Positions 19,546 to 29,128 of a stretch of DNA of 64,000 nucleotides are shown piece by piece. Origin of the DNA: an uncultured Muribaculaceae bacterium (GTDB taxonomy: Bacteria > Bacillota_I > Bacilli_A > RF39 > UBA660). Below the pieces are notes generated by a model. It was not told the DNA's origin and did no database searches. It saw only the letters and a program-made list of their open reading frames with translations. The stretch covers positions 58,709 to 122,708 of the forward strand of contig CAZKSN010000001.1 in assembly GCA_964555585.1 (NCBI GenBank), given 5' to 3'. The position numbers and the translations under genes are program-made. The number at the start of each line of letters is the position of its first letter. The stretch's first letter is position 1.

Positions 19546-20442
19546 TCACTCCTTCTCTAAAAATCTTGTCATTCGTTTTTTATCAGTAATTTTATCAATT
19601 ACTATTTTATATATTTCTTCAGATATTTCCTCTGGTGTCTTTAAGTCTTCCAGTAACTGGTAATCTTCAACCTTTGAACTGTAAATATATTCCCAATTAT
19701 ATTTTTTAACCAGATCTAGATATGATTTTTCTGCCTCAATCAAATGTGCTTCATTTCTTTCATGTTCGTCCAGCTCATTTCTACCTTCCAGCAATTTCAA
19801 TATAGCTTTTCTAGGCATATGCAGAAATATTGTTATATCAGGTCTTGGTATCTCCATAATTTCATATTCCAAATCAATTATTTTTTCATATAAATTATTT
19901 CTTTTTTCTTCATTTTTTGCTTTTCCGCCCTGATGTCCTAAGTTTGAAGTGGTATATCTGTCTAAAATAATAACATCATTCTTGTACATTTCCTGCTCTA
20001 TTTCTTCTAAAAAACAATATCTTCTATCTGCAGCATAGTATACGCTCGCCACTAGAGGATCAACATTTACAGCACCTTCTTTAAAAAAAGATGTTGTGTT
20101 GTTTCTTAAAAAATTTAGTCCCTTTTTTAATAAATTTAAATAATTGAATGAATTATCACTTTCTTTTGCTTGTTTCTTTAATAAATTTCTCATTTCCCTT
20201 TTATTGAGCAGTTTCAATAAAATGTCTATTTCTTCTTTCGTTAAATTGTTTTTATTCCATTTTCCCAAGTAACATTCTCCGATTATTCTTCCTGTTGGTA
20301 ATTCATAATTTGGAAAAGAATATCGTTTAACTTTATATCCCGCAGCCTGCAGATTTTTAAATAAGCCTTTTGATTGAGTTTCTTTTCCAGAACAGTCAGT
20401 ACCTTCGATTGTAATAATCTTCGCACTTCTTTCTACACTCAT
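19546..20442 (-). CDS. thymidylate kinase (Tmk)-family protein with atypical P-loop
   Basis: IIGECYLGKW...DRYTTSNLGHQG...PDITIFLHMP parallels the Tmk DRF..S.LAYQG / PDLT.. regions. The P-loop is EGTDCSGKETQ (GK-E, not GK-[ST]). ~60-aa insertion and a C-terminal extension. Confidence 0.45.
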   Translation of the reverse strand: MSVERSAKIITIEGTDCSGKETQSKGLFKNLQAAGYKVKRYSFPNYELPTGRIIGECYLGKWNKNNLTKEEIDILLKLLNKREMRNLLKKQAKESDNSFNYLNLLKKGLNFLRNNTTSFFKEGAVNVDPLVASVYYAADRRYCFLEEIEQEMYKNDVIILDRYTTSNLGHQGGKAKNEEKRNNLYEKIIDLEYEIMEIPRPDITIFLHMPRKAILKLLEGRNELDEHERNEAHLIEAEKSYLDLVKKYNWEYIYSSKVEDYQLLEDLKTPEEISEEIYKIVIDKITDKKRMTRFLEKE

Positions 20443-20463
20443 ATTATTTACCTCACTAACTTA

Positions 20464-20516
20464 ATTAAAACAATTTTAAAAATAATTGTCAATAAATTCA
20501 AAGAAAAATATATAAT
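20464..20516. promoter_or_regulatory. overlapping divergent sigma-A-type promoters (tmk-like operon on -, def on +)
   Basis: Minus: TTGACA-17-TTTAAT (20492..20464). Plus: TTGTCA-17-TATATA (20486..20514). Positioned upstream of the respective start codons. Confidence 0.4.
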
Positions 20517-20572
20517 ATTTGAAATTTTTCTTTTTTTTTGATAAAATAATACAAGTATTAAGGGGTGCTTAT

Positions 20573-21121
20573 ATGTTAAAACAATCACAAATTTTAACTG
20601 AGGAAAACAAAATTTTAAGATCAAAAAGTAAAGAGGTCTCTTTTCCTTTAGATGAGGAAGATAAAAAACTTATTGAAGATATAACCAATTATTTAAGATT
20701 AAGTCAGGATGAAGAATATGCTGCTATACATGACATCAGAGCTGGCATGGGGCTGGCATTAATTCAGCTTGGCATTCCCAAAAGAATATTTGTAATATCT
20801 TATAAAAGAGATGATGGTTCTTTTGAGGAATATGCTGTTATTAATCCAAAAATAATTAGTCATTCTGAAGAACTGATTTACGTTGAAGAAGGCGAAGGCT
20901 GCTTAAGTGTTTCAAAGAATATAGATGGAATTGTTCCCAGATTTGCAAGATGTAGCATTGAATATTACGATATAGATGGAAACATTAAAAATGTAAGAGT
21001 CAGAGAGGAAATAGCTGTAGCTTTTCAGCATGAGATAGATCACCTAAATGGAATATTATTTATTGATAAAATTAATTTAAAAAATCCTTATAAAAATAAA
21101 GATTTGATGAGAGCAATATAA
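20573..21121 (+). CDS. def: peptide deformylase
   Basis: Motifs GMGLALIQLG (GxGxAAxQ), EGCLS and QHEIDHLNG (HExxH). Start moved to MLKQSQ, preceded by an AGGGG RBS. Confidence 0.85.
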   Translation: MLKQSQILTEENKILRSKSKEVSFPLDEEDKKLIEDITNYLRLSQDEEYAAIHDIRAGMGLALIQLGIPKRIFVISYKRDDGSFEEYAVINPKIISHSEELIYVEEGEGCLSVSKNIDGIVPRFARCSIEYYDIDGNIKNVRVREEIAVAFQHEIDHLNGILFIDKINLKNPYKNKDLMRAI

Positions 21122-21180
21122 AAAACTCTTTTAAAATCTTTTTTTTTAGTTTATAATTTATAATAGGAGGAAAAAAGAAT

Positions 21181-22086
21181 ATGAAAAATAATAAAATTAG
21201 AGTTCTAATTTGGATTGTTTTACTTGTAATAACCCTTGGAATTGGAACTACTGGTTTAATACTTAGTGGTGATTTGAAAAATATTGGTTTCCTTAAACAT
21301 TTTTATAAAGTTGAAAATAAAATAAATTTGAATTTTGTTGCTCAGGAATTAAATAATTATTTGGATGAGTATTTTATAAATACTGATACTGTGGCAGCCG
21401 CAAGCGCTTTAGATAACATATTAAGTGTTACAATTAATAATGATGAAAATATAAATTTTGAATTCATATTAAATGATGACATATTATCAGGTGAATTTGG
21501 TACTGAAGATTCTACAATAGGAACAGATCTTTTTAATAGAATTACAGCAATTGTTCAGAATAAATATTTTGATGTTGAGATTGAAAATACTCTTACTACT
21601 CTATCAAGTGCAAATTCAGAATCATTTACAATTAAAAATGACGGATATGAAAAGAGAGAAGAAAATAATAATGTATTATGCAAATTAAATGTTAGTAAAA
21701 AAATAACTATAATTAATTTAAGTGACAGTTATATAAAAACTTCAGATTTAGTAAATGAAACTGAGTTTATTAAAGAAAATGATACATATCAGAAGAGTTT
21801 AAATAATATTATTATTGAAAAAACTGTATTAAATAATAAAATTATAATTTCAGTATATGAAAAAGATAATCTTACAGAAAACACTTATAAATCTTTAATA
21901 TCTTTCCTAACAATACTCTTTGATGAAAATGAGGCAACCAGCTTCACCAATCAATATCCAGTTATTTCTACAGATACTAATTTTGATAAATATACAGTTG
22001 AAATAAATCCGGAACCCTCTGAAAAGGAAAGCTTAATAACAGCAAATGGATATCAGTTTATTAGAGTAACTATAAATAATGAATAA
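21181..22086 (+). CDS. hypothetical N-terminally membrane-anchored protein, Asn/Thr-rich ectodomain
   Basis: 301-aa ORF. RBS AGGAGG 10 nt upstream. One TM (VLIWIVLLVITLGIGTTGLIL). No recognisable domain. Confidence 0.4.
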   Translation: MKNNKIRVLIWIVLLVITLGIGTTGLILSGDLKNIGFLKHFYKVENKINLNFVAQELNNYLDEYFINTDTVAAASALDNILSVTINNDENINFEFILNDDILSGEFGTEDSTIGTDLFNRITAIVQNKYFDVEIENTLTTLSSANSESFTIKNDGYEKREENNNVLCKLNVSKKITIINLSDSYIKTSDLVNETEFIKENDTYQKSLNNIIIEKTVLNNKIIISVYEKDNLTENTYKSLISFLTILFDENEATSFTNQYPVISTDTNFDKYTVEINPEPSEKESLITANGYQFIRVTINNE

Positions 22087-22092
22087 AATTAA

Positions 22093-22123
22093 AAACAAAC
22101 AATGATATTGTTTGTTTTTTTTC
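22093..22123. terminator. bidirectional rho-independent terminator
   Basis: AAACAAACAAT-GAT-ATTGTTTGTTT hairpin then T7 (A-run on the other side), between convergent genes. Confidence 0.6.
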
Positions 22124-22136
22124 TTATTAACTATTT

Positions 22137-22709
22137 TTAATTATAAGCTTTTGCTTTTAAAGTTTTTTCCATTTCTTCTATTCTTTCAAAAATATTTTTT
22201 ATATAAGTTAAAATAAATACATGTGGCTGTTTCAAAAGATTAATTATATTAAATTTAAAGTTTTTTGATAACAGTGAATATTTTATGCTCAATCCTTCAT
22301 CTATTAAAATGGGAATAAAGGATAAAGTTATGGTAATGATTAAATTTATTTGATTTAAATCAATTCTAAATATTTTTAGTGGAAACAGTAAATCACTTAT
22401 AGCTTTAGATAAATTTATCGGAGTTAATATATATGAAATAATATAAGTTATGTTACATACAATCAGGAGTCTAATACCGATTATTAAAGAATTTGATATA
22501 TTAGAAAACATAATATTTACAAATATAATAAATAACATATAGGGAAGTAATTTATTTATATTATGAATTATATTTAATAAGCTTACCTTTATAAACAGTG
22601 CCAGTATTATTTGAAATATAAATAATACAGTTAGCAAATAATAATTACTTAAACTGAATAATATTAATGTATAAATTATAAAAGACAGCAGTATAACTGA
22701 ATATTTCAT
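22137..22709 (-). CDS. ECF transporter transmembrane (T) component
   Basis: 190-aa polytopic membrane protein, translationally coupled (overlap) to the upstream ABC ATPase, in an S-A-T order. Confidence 0.5.
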   Translation of the reverse strand: MKYSVILLSFIIYTLILFSLSNYYLLTVLFIFQIILALFIKVSLLNIIHNINKLLPYMLFIIFVNIMFSNISNSLIIGIRLLIVCNITYIISYILTPINLSKAISDLLFPLKIFRIDLNQINLIITITLSFIPILIDEGLSIKYSLLSKNFKFNIINLLKQPHVFILTYIKNIFERIEEMEKTLKAKAYN

Positions 22710-23515
22710 TCAATTTCATACAATAATCTAAGAATATTATCTTGATTATACTCTTCTATTATAATATTTTTAGATTTTAAATAAATAATTATTTTAACTA
22801 TAAAAGGTATTATGAAATTTAATTTAGTTAAATAATCAATATTATTTAATAAATCTTTTTTTAAGAATTCTTTAACAATTTCTCCATTGTCTATAACTAC
22901 TATTCTATCCGCTATTAAGAGTTCCTCCAGATTATTCGTAACAAATACTACTCCTATATTCTCTTTTACTAAATTTTTTATTAAATCATATATATCTTTT
23001 TTGCTTGAAGAGTCAAGCATTGAAGTTGATTCATCAAACACTATATACTTTGGTTTTATTGCCAAAATATTAGCTACAGCTATTTTTTGCCTCTGACCAA
23101 GTGACAATTCAAACGGATTACTATAAATATAGTCTGACATCCCTACTTTTTTCAAACTTTCTTTTATTATTTCACCAATTTTATCTTTTTCAAATTTTAA
23201 ATTATTTAAAGTGAAGGCAATATCATCATAAACTCTGTTAAAGATTATTTGATTGCTTGGATTCTGAAATACAATATTTACTTTTTTTCTAATATCAATT
23301 GATTTAGTATATTTATTTATTTCAAGTTCATCTATGGAAATATTTCCTTTAGTACATTCAAATATATTTGATATCACATTTGCCAAAGTGGATTTTCCGC
23401 TTCCGTTTCTACCAATTATTAATGTTGTTTCTCCCGATTTAATTTTTAAATTTATATTCTTTAATGCATTATTGCCATTATTATAGGTATAATAAACTTC
23501 TTTTAATTTAATCAT
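22706..23515 (-). CDS. ECF/ABC transporter ATP-binding (A) component
   Basis: Walker A GRNGSGKST, signature LSLGQRQKIAVA, Walker B IVFDESTSMLD. Single ATPase gene in the module. Confidence 0.8.
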   Translation of the reverse strand: MIKLKEVYYTYNNGNNALKNINLKIKSGETTLIIGRNGSGKSTLANVISNIFECTKGNISIDELEINKYTKSIDIRKKVNIVFQNPSNQIIFNRVYDDIAFTLNNLKFEKDKIGEIIKESLKKVGMSDYIYSNPFELSLGQRQKIAVANILAIKPKYIVFDESTSMLDSSSKKDIYDLIKNLVKENIGVVFVTNNLEELLIADRIVVIDNGEIVKEFLKKDLLNNIDYLTKLNFIIPFIVKIIIYLKSKNIIIEEYNQDNILRLLYEIE

Positions 23516-24041
23516 TAGTATTCTTTTTAAATTTATTTATTACAGGCTCTAATGCTTTCAATAGGAATATCATTGTAGTAATAATTATTGGAGTCATTAT
23601 TAATTGTTTTACAATTCTAAGTGGAATAATTATATTGGCGGCATTTTTAGTAATCATAATAACCCAAATTGTATTTAATATCCCATCTACAAACAATGTT
23701 ACCAGAACGACACTTAAAATTAATTTTAAAATTAATCTCTTATCTACTTTAAACATACCTTTTTTATATAGAATTAATCCATATATTCCTCCCGTTAATA
23801 AACCACTTAATGTAAAGCCTGGAAAATACGCTCCTATTGGGAATAACAATGCTCCTATTAGATCACTAAGCATACCAACCAAAGCTCCATATTTGTAACC
23901 TAGAAGAATAGATACTAAAATTAAAGGAACAAAACTGAAACCTATACTGACAATAGGTGTTCTTATTGATAAAAGCCTGCCTAAAATAATACAAATAGCT
24001 AACAAGAAAGAACTTATTAAAATCTTTTTTATCTTATCCAT
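23508..24041 (-). CDS. ECF transporter substrate-specific (S) component, substrate unknown
   Basis: 177 aa with ~6 TM helices and Gly-rich helices (LLTGGIYGLI). It is the first gene of the S-A-T module. Confidence 0.45.
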   Translation of the reverse strand: MDKIKKILISSFLLAICIILGRLLSIRTPIVSIGFSFVPLILVSILLGYKYGALVGMLSDLIGALLFPIGAYFPGFTLSGLLTGGIYGLILYKKGMFKVDKRLILKLILSVVLVTLFVDGILNTIWVIMITKNAANIIIPLRIVKQLIMTPIIITTMIFLLKALEPVINKFKKNTND

Positions 24042-24181
24042 AAAATCCTTTCTTATTTATAAATTATTTTATGAAAAGATTAATGGAATTTTAAAAGATT
24101 GAAAATCAAACATATACATTTACGCATTTCAATCACATCCTATAACAGTATTATATAATAAATTTTAAAAAAAGACTAGTC

Positions 24182-27127
24182 TTATTTAATTTCTTCTAGT
24201 CTTACACTAACTAATTTACTTACTCCACTCTCCTGCATGGTTATTCCATAAAGCAAATCTACATATTCCATAGTTTTTTTCTTATGAGTAATAATTAATA
24301 ATTGAGTTTTATTTCTATAATGCTGCAAATATTCACCAAATTTTTCTGAATTATAATCATCCAAAGCTGATTCCACTTCATCTAAAATAGCAAATGGAAC
24401 ATTTCTTAAATTCATTATTGCAAATAATAAACTAATTGCAGTTAATGTCTTTTCACCGCCCGAAAGTAATGAAATCGGCTTTAATGTTTTCCCATTTGGA
24501 ATAGCAACTATTCCAATTCCAGTTTCCAGTATATTCTCTGGATCAGTTAGTTTTAAATGTGCTTCTCCACCATTGAATAAATCATGAAATACCTTATTGA
24601 ATTCTTTATTAATATTGTGAAATGCTTCTTCAAACTTATCTTTCATCACTTCATCCATAGAATTGATTATTTCTAATAAATCTTTTTCACTATTTAATAA
24701 ATCTTCCTTTTGATCTGATAAAAATGTATATCTTTTATTTATTCTTTCATATTCCTCTATACTTCCAAGATTTACTTCCCCTAAAGATTTCAATATTTTC
24801 TTAAATTCATATGTCTTATTTCTTGCTTCTTCCTCATCAATTTCCAAAGTATAATTATTAATTGCTTTTTCATAGGTTAAGTTGTATTCCTCATTCAAGC
24901 GATTCAATAAGTTATCTAATGTTAAGTTGACTCTAACAGTATTTATTTCTATCTCATTTAATCTATTTTTCAATATACCTGATTTACTGTTCAGCTTTTT
25001 CACTGAATTTTCAATATCCTCAATGATTTCTTTTAACTCTTTTCTCTTATATGTTAAATTTTCAATATTCTTATTAATTTCAAGTTTTTCTTTCTCAAGT
25101 TTATAATATTGATCCATTATATCCTTAATTTCTTTATCTATCTTTTCTTTACTGTTTGAAGATAAAGTTTTTATTTCTGACACCAATAAATCATAATTCA
25201 TGTTTAATTTACTGTAACTGTTATTTTTAATCTGAATATTTTCTCTTATATTTAATAATTCTACATTCTTTTTATAAATACTTTCCTTTACAACATTAAT
25301 ATTATAATCTATTTCTTTAATTTTCTTATCAAAATCTTCTAGTTTTTCCTTAATATGATTAATTAAAGTCTTTAATCTGATTAATTCAAATTTATCACCC
25401 ATGGAACTGTTTACCTCTTTAGAACTTCCACCTGTTACAGAACCTCCAACATGCAGTATTTCGCCATCAAGTGTAACCACTCTGTATCTGTAGTTAATCT
25501 CCTTACTAATATTTTGAGCACTTTCCAGATTAAGAGCGACTATTATATTTCCAAGTTGATTCATAATAATATTATAATATTTTTTATCATAATTTATTAA
25601 TTCAGAAACAACTCCTACATATCCATTACATTTTTTAGCAATGCTTAACACATTAGGATCTATACTTCTTGGCTGTATAATGTTTAAAGGAAAAAAAGTT
25701 ACTCTTCCCTTATTGTTTTCCTTTAAGTAATTTATAGCTTCTTTAACAGCTTTTTCATTTTCAACTATGACAAAATTACTTGAAGAACCTAAAGCAACAT
25801 CCAACATCAATGAATATTTTTCTTCCACTTCAATTACATTTCCGATAGTATCTTCTATTCCATTTAGAGTCTTGCTATTTAAAACAGCTTTTACACTATA
25901 AGGAATTTTTTCCATATTTAATATTCTATTTTCTAATAATTCTATTTTATTTACTGTTTCAAATTCTTCTCTTTTTTTCAATTCAAAATCATTAGAAAAT
26001 AAATTTCTTTTCTTTGATAAATCATTTAAATCATTTGATAATAAAGTTAATTTTCCACTGATATCTTTTTCATTTTCATTTAATATATTTAAATCTATCT
26101 CTATTCCATTTAATTCATTTTTTGATTTAAGTTCTTTTTCTTTAAGAATAATTAAATTATTCATAATACTTTCTGACTTTATATCATATTTACTTCTTTC
26201 TTCTATTAAAGCCTTTTTTGAAGTCAATTCACCTAACTCACTATTTAAAGAAATTAATCTATTTTGATAGTTTGAAATTTCCTCTTCTATCTTAATAAAT
26301 GAAAGTTTGCTTTTTTCAAGTTCCACATTGTCTTTTGTCTGATTTGTATTTTCTAATTCTATTTCATTTTCTAATTTTTCTTTTTCTTCTTTTAAATGTA
26401 CCAATGATTCATTGCTGGTGGTAACATCCTTTGTAATTAAAGCTATTTCAATATTTTCAAGCTTACTTTTACACTCTTTGTATTCCTTTGCTTTTCTCGC
26501 AGCATCCTTTAAAGGCAGCAGCTGTTCTTCCAGTTCAGTTATTATAAGATTAATTCTATCTATATTTTCATGAGTATTACTCAGTTTTCTTAAACTTTCC
26601 TCTTTCCTCTTTTTATATTTTAATACTCCAGCAGCTTCTTCCAGAATCATTCTTCTGTCTTCAGGTTTTTCAGAAAGGATCTCCTCTATTTTTCCCTGTG
26701 GAATAATATTAAATGATTCCTTGGATGAAAAAGAGTCAATAAATAAATCGGTGATGTCCTTTAATCTGCATTTTTCATTATTTAAATAATATTCATTTTC
26801 ACCAGTTTTATAAACTACCCTTTTAACTGAAACTTCGTTAAAATCAATTGGCAGTGTTTTACAGGAATTATCAAATACAATATTAACTGAAGCATGAGTT
26901 GAACCCTGTCTGCTTTTTGAACCATTAAAAATAACATCAGTCATATTTAATGAACCTCTTAAAGATTTAACTGACTGTTCACCCAATACCCATTTTATTG
27001 CATCTACAATATTACTTTTACCACTTCCATTAGGACCTACAATACCTGTAAAAGAAGGAGTAAGAGTTATATTAATTCTATCTGCAAAACTCTTGAAACC
27101 ATTTATTATTATTTCTTTAATATACAT
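24182..27127 (-). CDS. smc: chromosome segregation protein SMC
   Basis: N-terminal Walker A FTGIVGPNGSGKSNIVDAIKWVLGEQS, long coiled coils, a hinge, and C-terminal LSGGEKTLTAISLLFA...ILDEVESALDD. Follows rnc, as in rnc-smc-ftsY synteny. Confidence 0.8.
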   Translation of the reverse strand: MYIKEIIINGFKSFADRINITLTPSFTGIVGPNGSGKSNIVDAIKWVLGEQSVKSLRGSLNMTDVIFNGSKSRQGSTHASVNIVFDNSCKTLPIDFNEVSVKRVVYKTGENEYYLNNEKCRLKDITDLFIDSFSSKESFNIIPQGKIEEILSEKPEDRRMILEEAAGVLKYKKRKEESLRKLSNTHENIDRINLIITELEEQLLPLKDAARKAKEYKECKSKLENIEIALITKDVTTSNESLVHLKEEKEKLENEIELENTNQTKDNVELEKSKLSFIKIEEEISNYQNRLISLNSELGELTSKKALIEERSKYDIKSESIMNNLIILKEKELKSKNELNGIEIDLNILNENEKDISGKLTLLSNDLNDLSKKRNLFSNDFELKKREEFETVNKIELLENRILNMEKIPYSVKAVLNSKTLNGIEDTIGNVIEVEEKYSLMLDVALGSSSNFVIVENEKAVKEAINYLKENNKGRVTFFPLNIIQPRSIDPNVLSIAKKCNGYVGVVSELINYDKKYYNIIMNQLGNIIVALNLESAQNISKEINYRYRVVTLDGEILHVGGSVTGGSSKEVNSSMGDKFELIRLKTLINHIKEKLEDFDKKIKEIDYNINVVKESIYKKNVELLNIRENIQIKNNSYSKLNMNYDLLVSEIKTLSSNSKEKIDKEIKDIMDQYYKLEKEKLEINKNIENLTYKRKELKEIIEDIENSVKKLNSKSGILKNRLNEIEINTVRVNLTLDNLLNRLNEEYNLTYEKAINNYTLEIDEEEARNKTYEFKKILKSLGEVNLGSIEEYERINKRYTFLSDQKEDLLNSEKDLLEIINSMDEVMKDKFEEAFHNINKEFNKVFHDLFNGGEAHLKLTDPENILETGIGIVAIPNGKTLKPISLLSGGEKTLTAISLLFAIMNLRNVPFAILDEVESALDDYNSEKFGEYLQHYRNKTQLLIITHKKKTMEYVDLLYGITMQESGVSKLVSVRLEEIK

Positions 27128-27135
27128 AAGTACTC

Positions 27136-27789
27136 CTATTTTGCCTGTTTAGAAAATGCATCCTTTGCAGCATTCTGTTCTGCTTCCTTTTTACTTTTTC
27201 CTATTCCCGTTCCATAACATATTCCATCAATGTTAACTGATACTTTAAAACTCTTGTCATGAGACGGACCTCTTTCACTAATTACCTTATATTCAATGGA
27301 TTTCTTTTCTGTCTGAACCTGTTCCTGAAGCAGACTTTTGTAGTCGCTTAAAAAATCTATGTCCTTTAAAATGTAAGGCACTATCAGCTTATTGAACAGT
27401 GATTTCACCTTATTTAACCCAAATTCTAAATATATAACTCCTATCACAGCTTCAAATACATCTGCCACAACAGTTTTATTGGCTTTTTTAATTCCGTTTC
27501 CCAATTTAATATAAATACCTAGATTTATTCTCTTAGCATATTCATATAATGCATTTTCACATACATATAAACTTCTGACTCTGCTCATTTCCCCTTCTTG
27601 CAATGAAGTATTCTTAAATATATATTCACTTGAAACCAATTCAAGCACAGCATCACCTAAGTATTCCAAACGTTCATAGGATATGGTATTATGCTCATTA
27701 GCGTAAGAAGTATGAGTTAAAGCTGTATCTATTAACTTACTCTGACTTAAATCTATATCATATTTTTTTAACAGGTCCATATCATTCAC
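27136..27789 (-). CDS. rnc: ribonuclease III
   Basis: RNase III signature ERLEYLGDAVLEL plus a C-terminal dsRBD (GPSHDKSFKVSV...GKSKKEAEQNAA). Confidence 0.9.
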   Translation of the reverse strand: MNDMDLLKKYDIDLSQSKLIDTALTHTSYANEHNTISYERLEYLGDAVLELVSSEYIFKNTSLQEGEMSRVRSLYVCENALYEYAKRINLGIYIKLGNGIKKANKTVVADVFEAVIGVIYLEFGLNKVKSLFNKLIVPYILKDIDFLSDYKSLLQEQVQTEKKSIEYKVISERGPSHDKSFKVSVNIDGICYGTGIGKSKKEAEQNAAKDAFSKQAK

Positions 27790-27912
27790 CTAAATAATTA
27801 TAACATAGAAATTGCTAAAAAAGAATTTAAAAATTATATTTTAAACATTTTTTAAAATTGACAATGTAAATATTTTGGAATATAATAACAGTTATAAAAA
27901 AAGAGGCTTAAT

Positions 27913-28470
27913 ATGGAACAAAAAGATTATTATAAAGTACTGGGAATAAATAAAAATGCTACTGACGAAGAAATAAGGTCTGCTTATAGAAAGCTTGCAA
28001 AAAAATATCATCCGGATGTAAATAAAACTCCAGATTCTGAAGAAAAGTTTAAAGAGATAGAAAATGCTTATTCTATTTTATCTGATAAAAGAAAAAGATT
28101 TGATTATGATTATTTATTTGATCACAATATGTTTACTGATGAAATAAAGAGAATGTTTGAAGAGGCAATAGAACATATAGATAAAAAGCTTAAAGAAAAA
28201 TCAGATTTAGAAAATGAAACTAAAAATGATATTCGTGATTTGAAAAATTATATTAATGATTATAAAATAGACAATAAAAAGTTTTCAAAGAGATTTAAAA
28301 TAATGCTGATAATCATTGCTTCAATAATTCTTGCAGAAATTTCTTTATTGGCAATACTATTGGTATTAAAAAACAGAGGAAAAGAAAATATTAATGAAAA
28401 ACCTTTAAAGGAAGTTTCTTATTCTTTTGAAGATTATGATATGAAATTAATAAAAAAAATACAGCAGTAA
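27913..28470 (+). CDS. J-domain (DnaJ-like) membrane protein
   Basis: [33 protein letters not shown] contains the HPD motif. C-terminal TM ([23 protein letters not shown]). Confidence 0.6.
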   Translation: MEQKDYYKVLGINKNATDEEIRSAYRKLAKKYHPDVNKTPDSEEKFKEIENAYSILSDKRKRFDYDYLFDHNMFTDEIKRMFEEAIEHIDKKLKEKSDLENETKNDIRDLKNYINDYKIDNKKFSKRFKIMLIIIASIILAEISLLAILLVLKNRGKENINEKPLKEVSYSFEDYDMKLIKKIQQ

Positions 28471-28483
28471 TATTGTATTTTTT

Positions 28484-28708
28484 TTATTCATTAGTTACTT
28501 TAAATATCTTTGATACTAAATCAACACTATCTAAAACATTGCTTATTCTATCAGTGGTTCTTAGATGATATCTTTTTTTCATTTCGTTTACCATTTCATC
28601 AAATCTATCTGGATTTCTATTAAGTATTTTATACCATTCAGAATTTTCTCTTATAAATTTTATATAAAGTGGATTATTCTTTATTTTCATTTGAATGTCA
28701 AATCTCAT
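28484..28708 (-). CDS. YlbE-like small protein
   Basis: MRFDIQMKIKNNPLYIKFIRENSEWYKILNRNPDRFDEMV... parallels B. subtilis YlbE (..EWYRRLSRNP..). Adjacent to a YlbD-like gene, as in Bacillus. Confidence 0.4.
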   Translation of the reverse strand: MRFDIQMKIKNNPLYIKFIRENSEWYKILNRNPDRFDEMVNEMKKRYHLRTTDRISNVLDSVDLVSKIFKVTNE

Positions 28709-29067
28709 CAGTCACTATAAAACCTATCCATGGGATCAAGTTCACTCTTTTTATTTTTATTTTTATTCTCTTTCTTTTTATCAGAATCACGAGTTAAATC
28801 CTCTAAAAATCCTACAGCTTTCTGCAGACTTGATATATTACTTTGAAATGATTCCAAGTTTATTCCCTTTAAACTGCTTAATAAATTTTTTATATTGAAA
28901 GAAGATTCACTTTTTTCCTTTTCTCTATATTCATCCCATATTTTATTGTCTTCACCATACATATCATACAGTTCATACATTTTTTGCCAAGAAATCTTTC
29001 CACCATTGACACTTTTAGCAAATTCCGGATTTTTAGATATAAAACTCTTAAAACTTTCCTTTGACAT
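28708..29067 (-). CDS. YlbD-like putative spore-coat protein
   Basis: FKSFISKNPEFAKSVNGGKISWQKMYELYDMYGEDNKIW parallels YlbD (FKEFVKKHPKVIEEVRAGNLTWQELYEEWYLLGEDDPKW). Confidence 0.4.
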   Translation of the reverse strand: MSKESFKSFISKNPEFAKSVNGGKISWQKMYELYDMYGEDNKIWDEYREKEKSESSFNIKNLLSSLKGINLESFQSNISSLQKAVGFLEDLTRDSDKKKENKNKNKKSELDPMDRFYSD

Positions 29068-29128
29068 TAAAAACCACCTAATACATTTTATGCGAATTAT
29101 TAACTTAAATGTACAAAGTGGCTTTTAT

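Noticed and set aside
19130-19589. ORFs 19130..19330 and 19332..19589 (+)
   Set aside because: Antisense to the ThyX-like and Tmk-like genes and the junction between them. No RBS, low-complexity peptides.
24163-24184. Palindrome AAGACTAGTCTT at the smc stop codon as a terminator
   Set aside because: The 12-nt self-complementary sequence can form at most a 4-bp stem with a 4-nt loop. Too weak to call, although a U-tract follows on the minus strand.
22887-25106. Plus-strand ORFs 22887..23096, 23635..23898 and 24882..25106
   Set aside because: Embedded antisense within the ECF ATPase, the S component and smc respectively.
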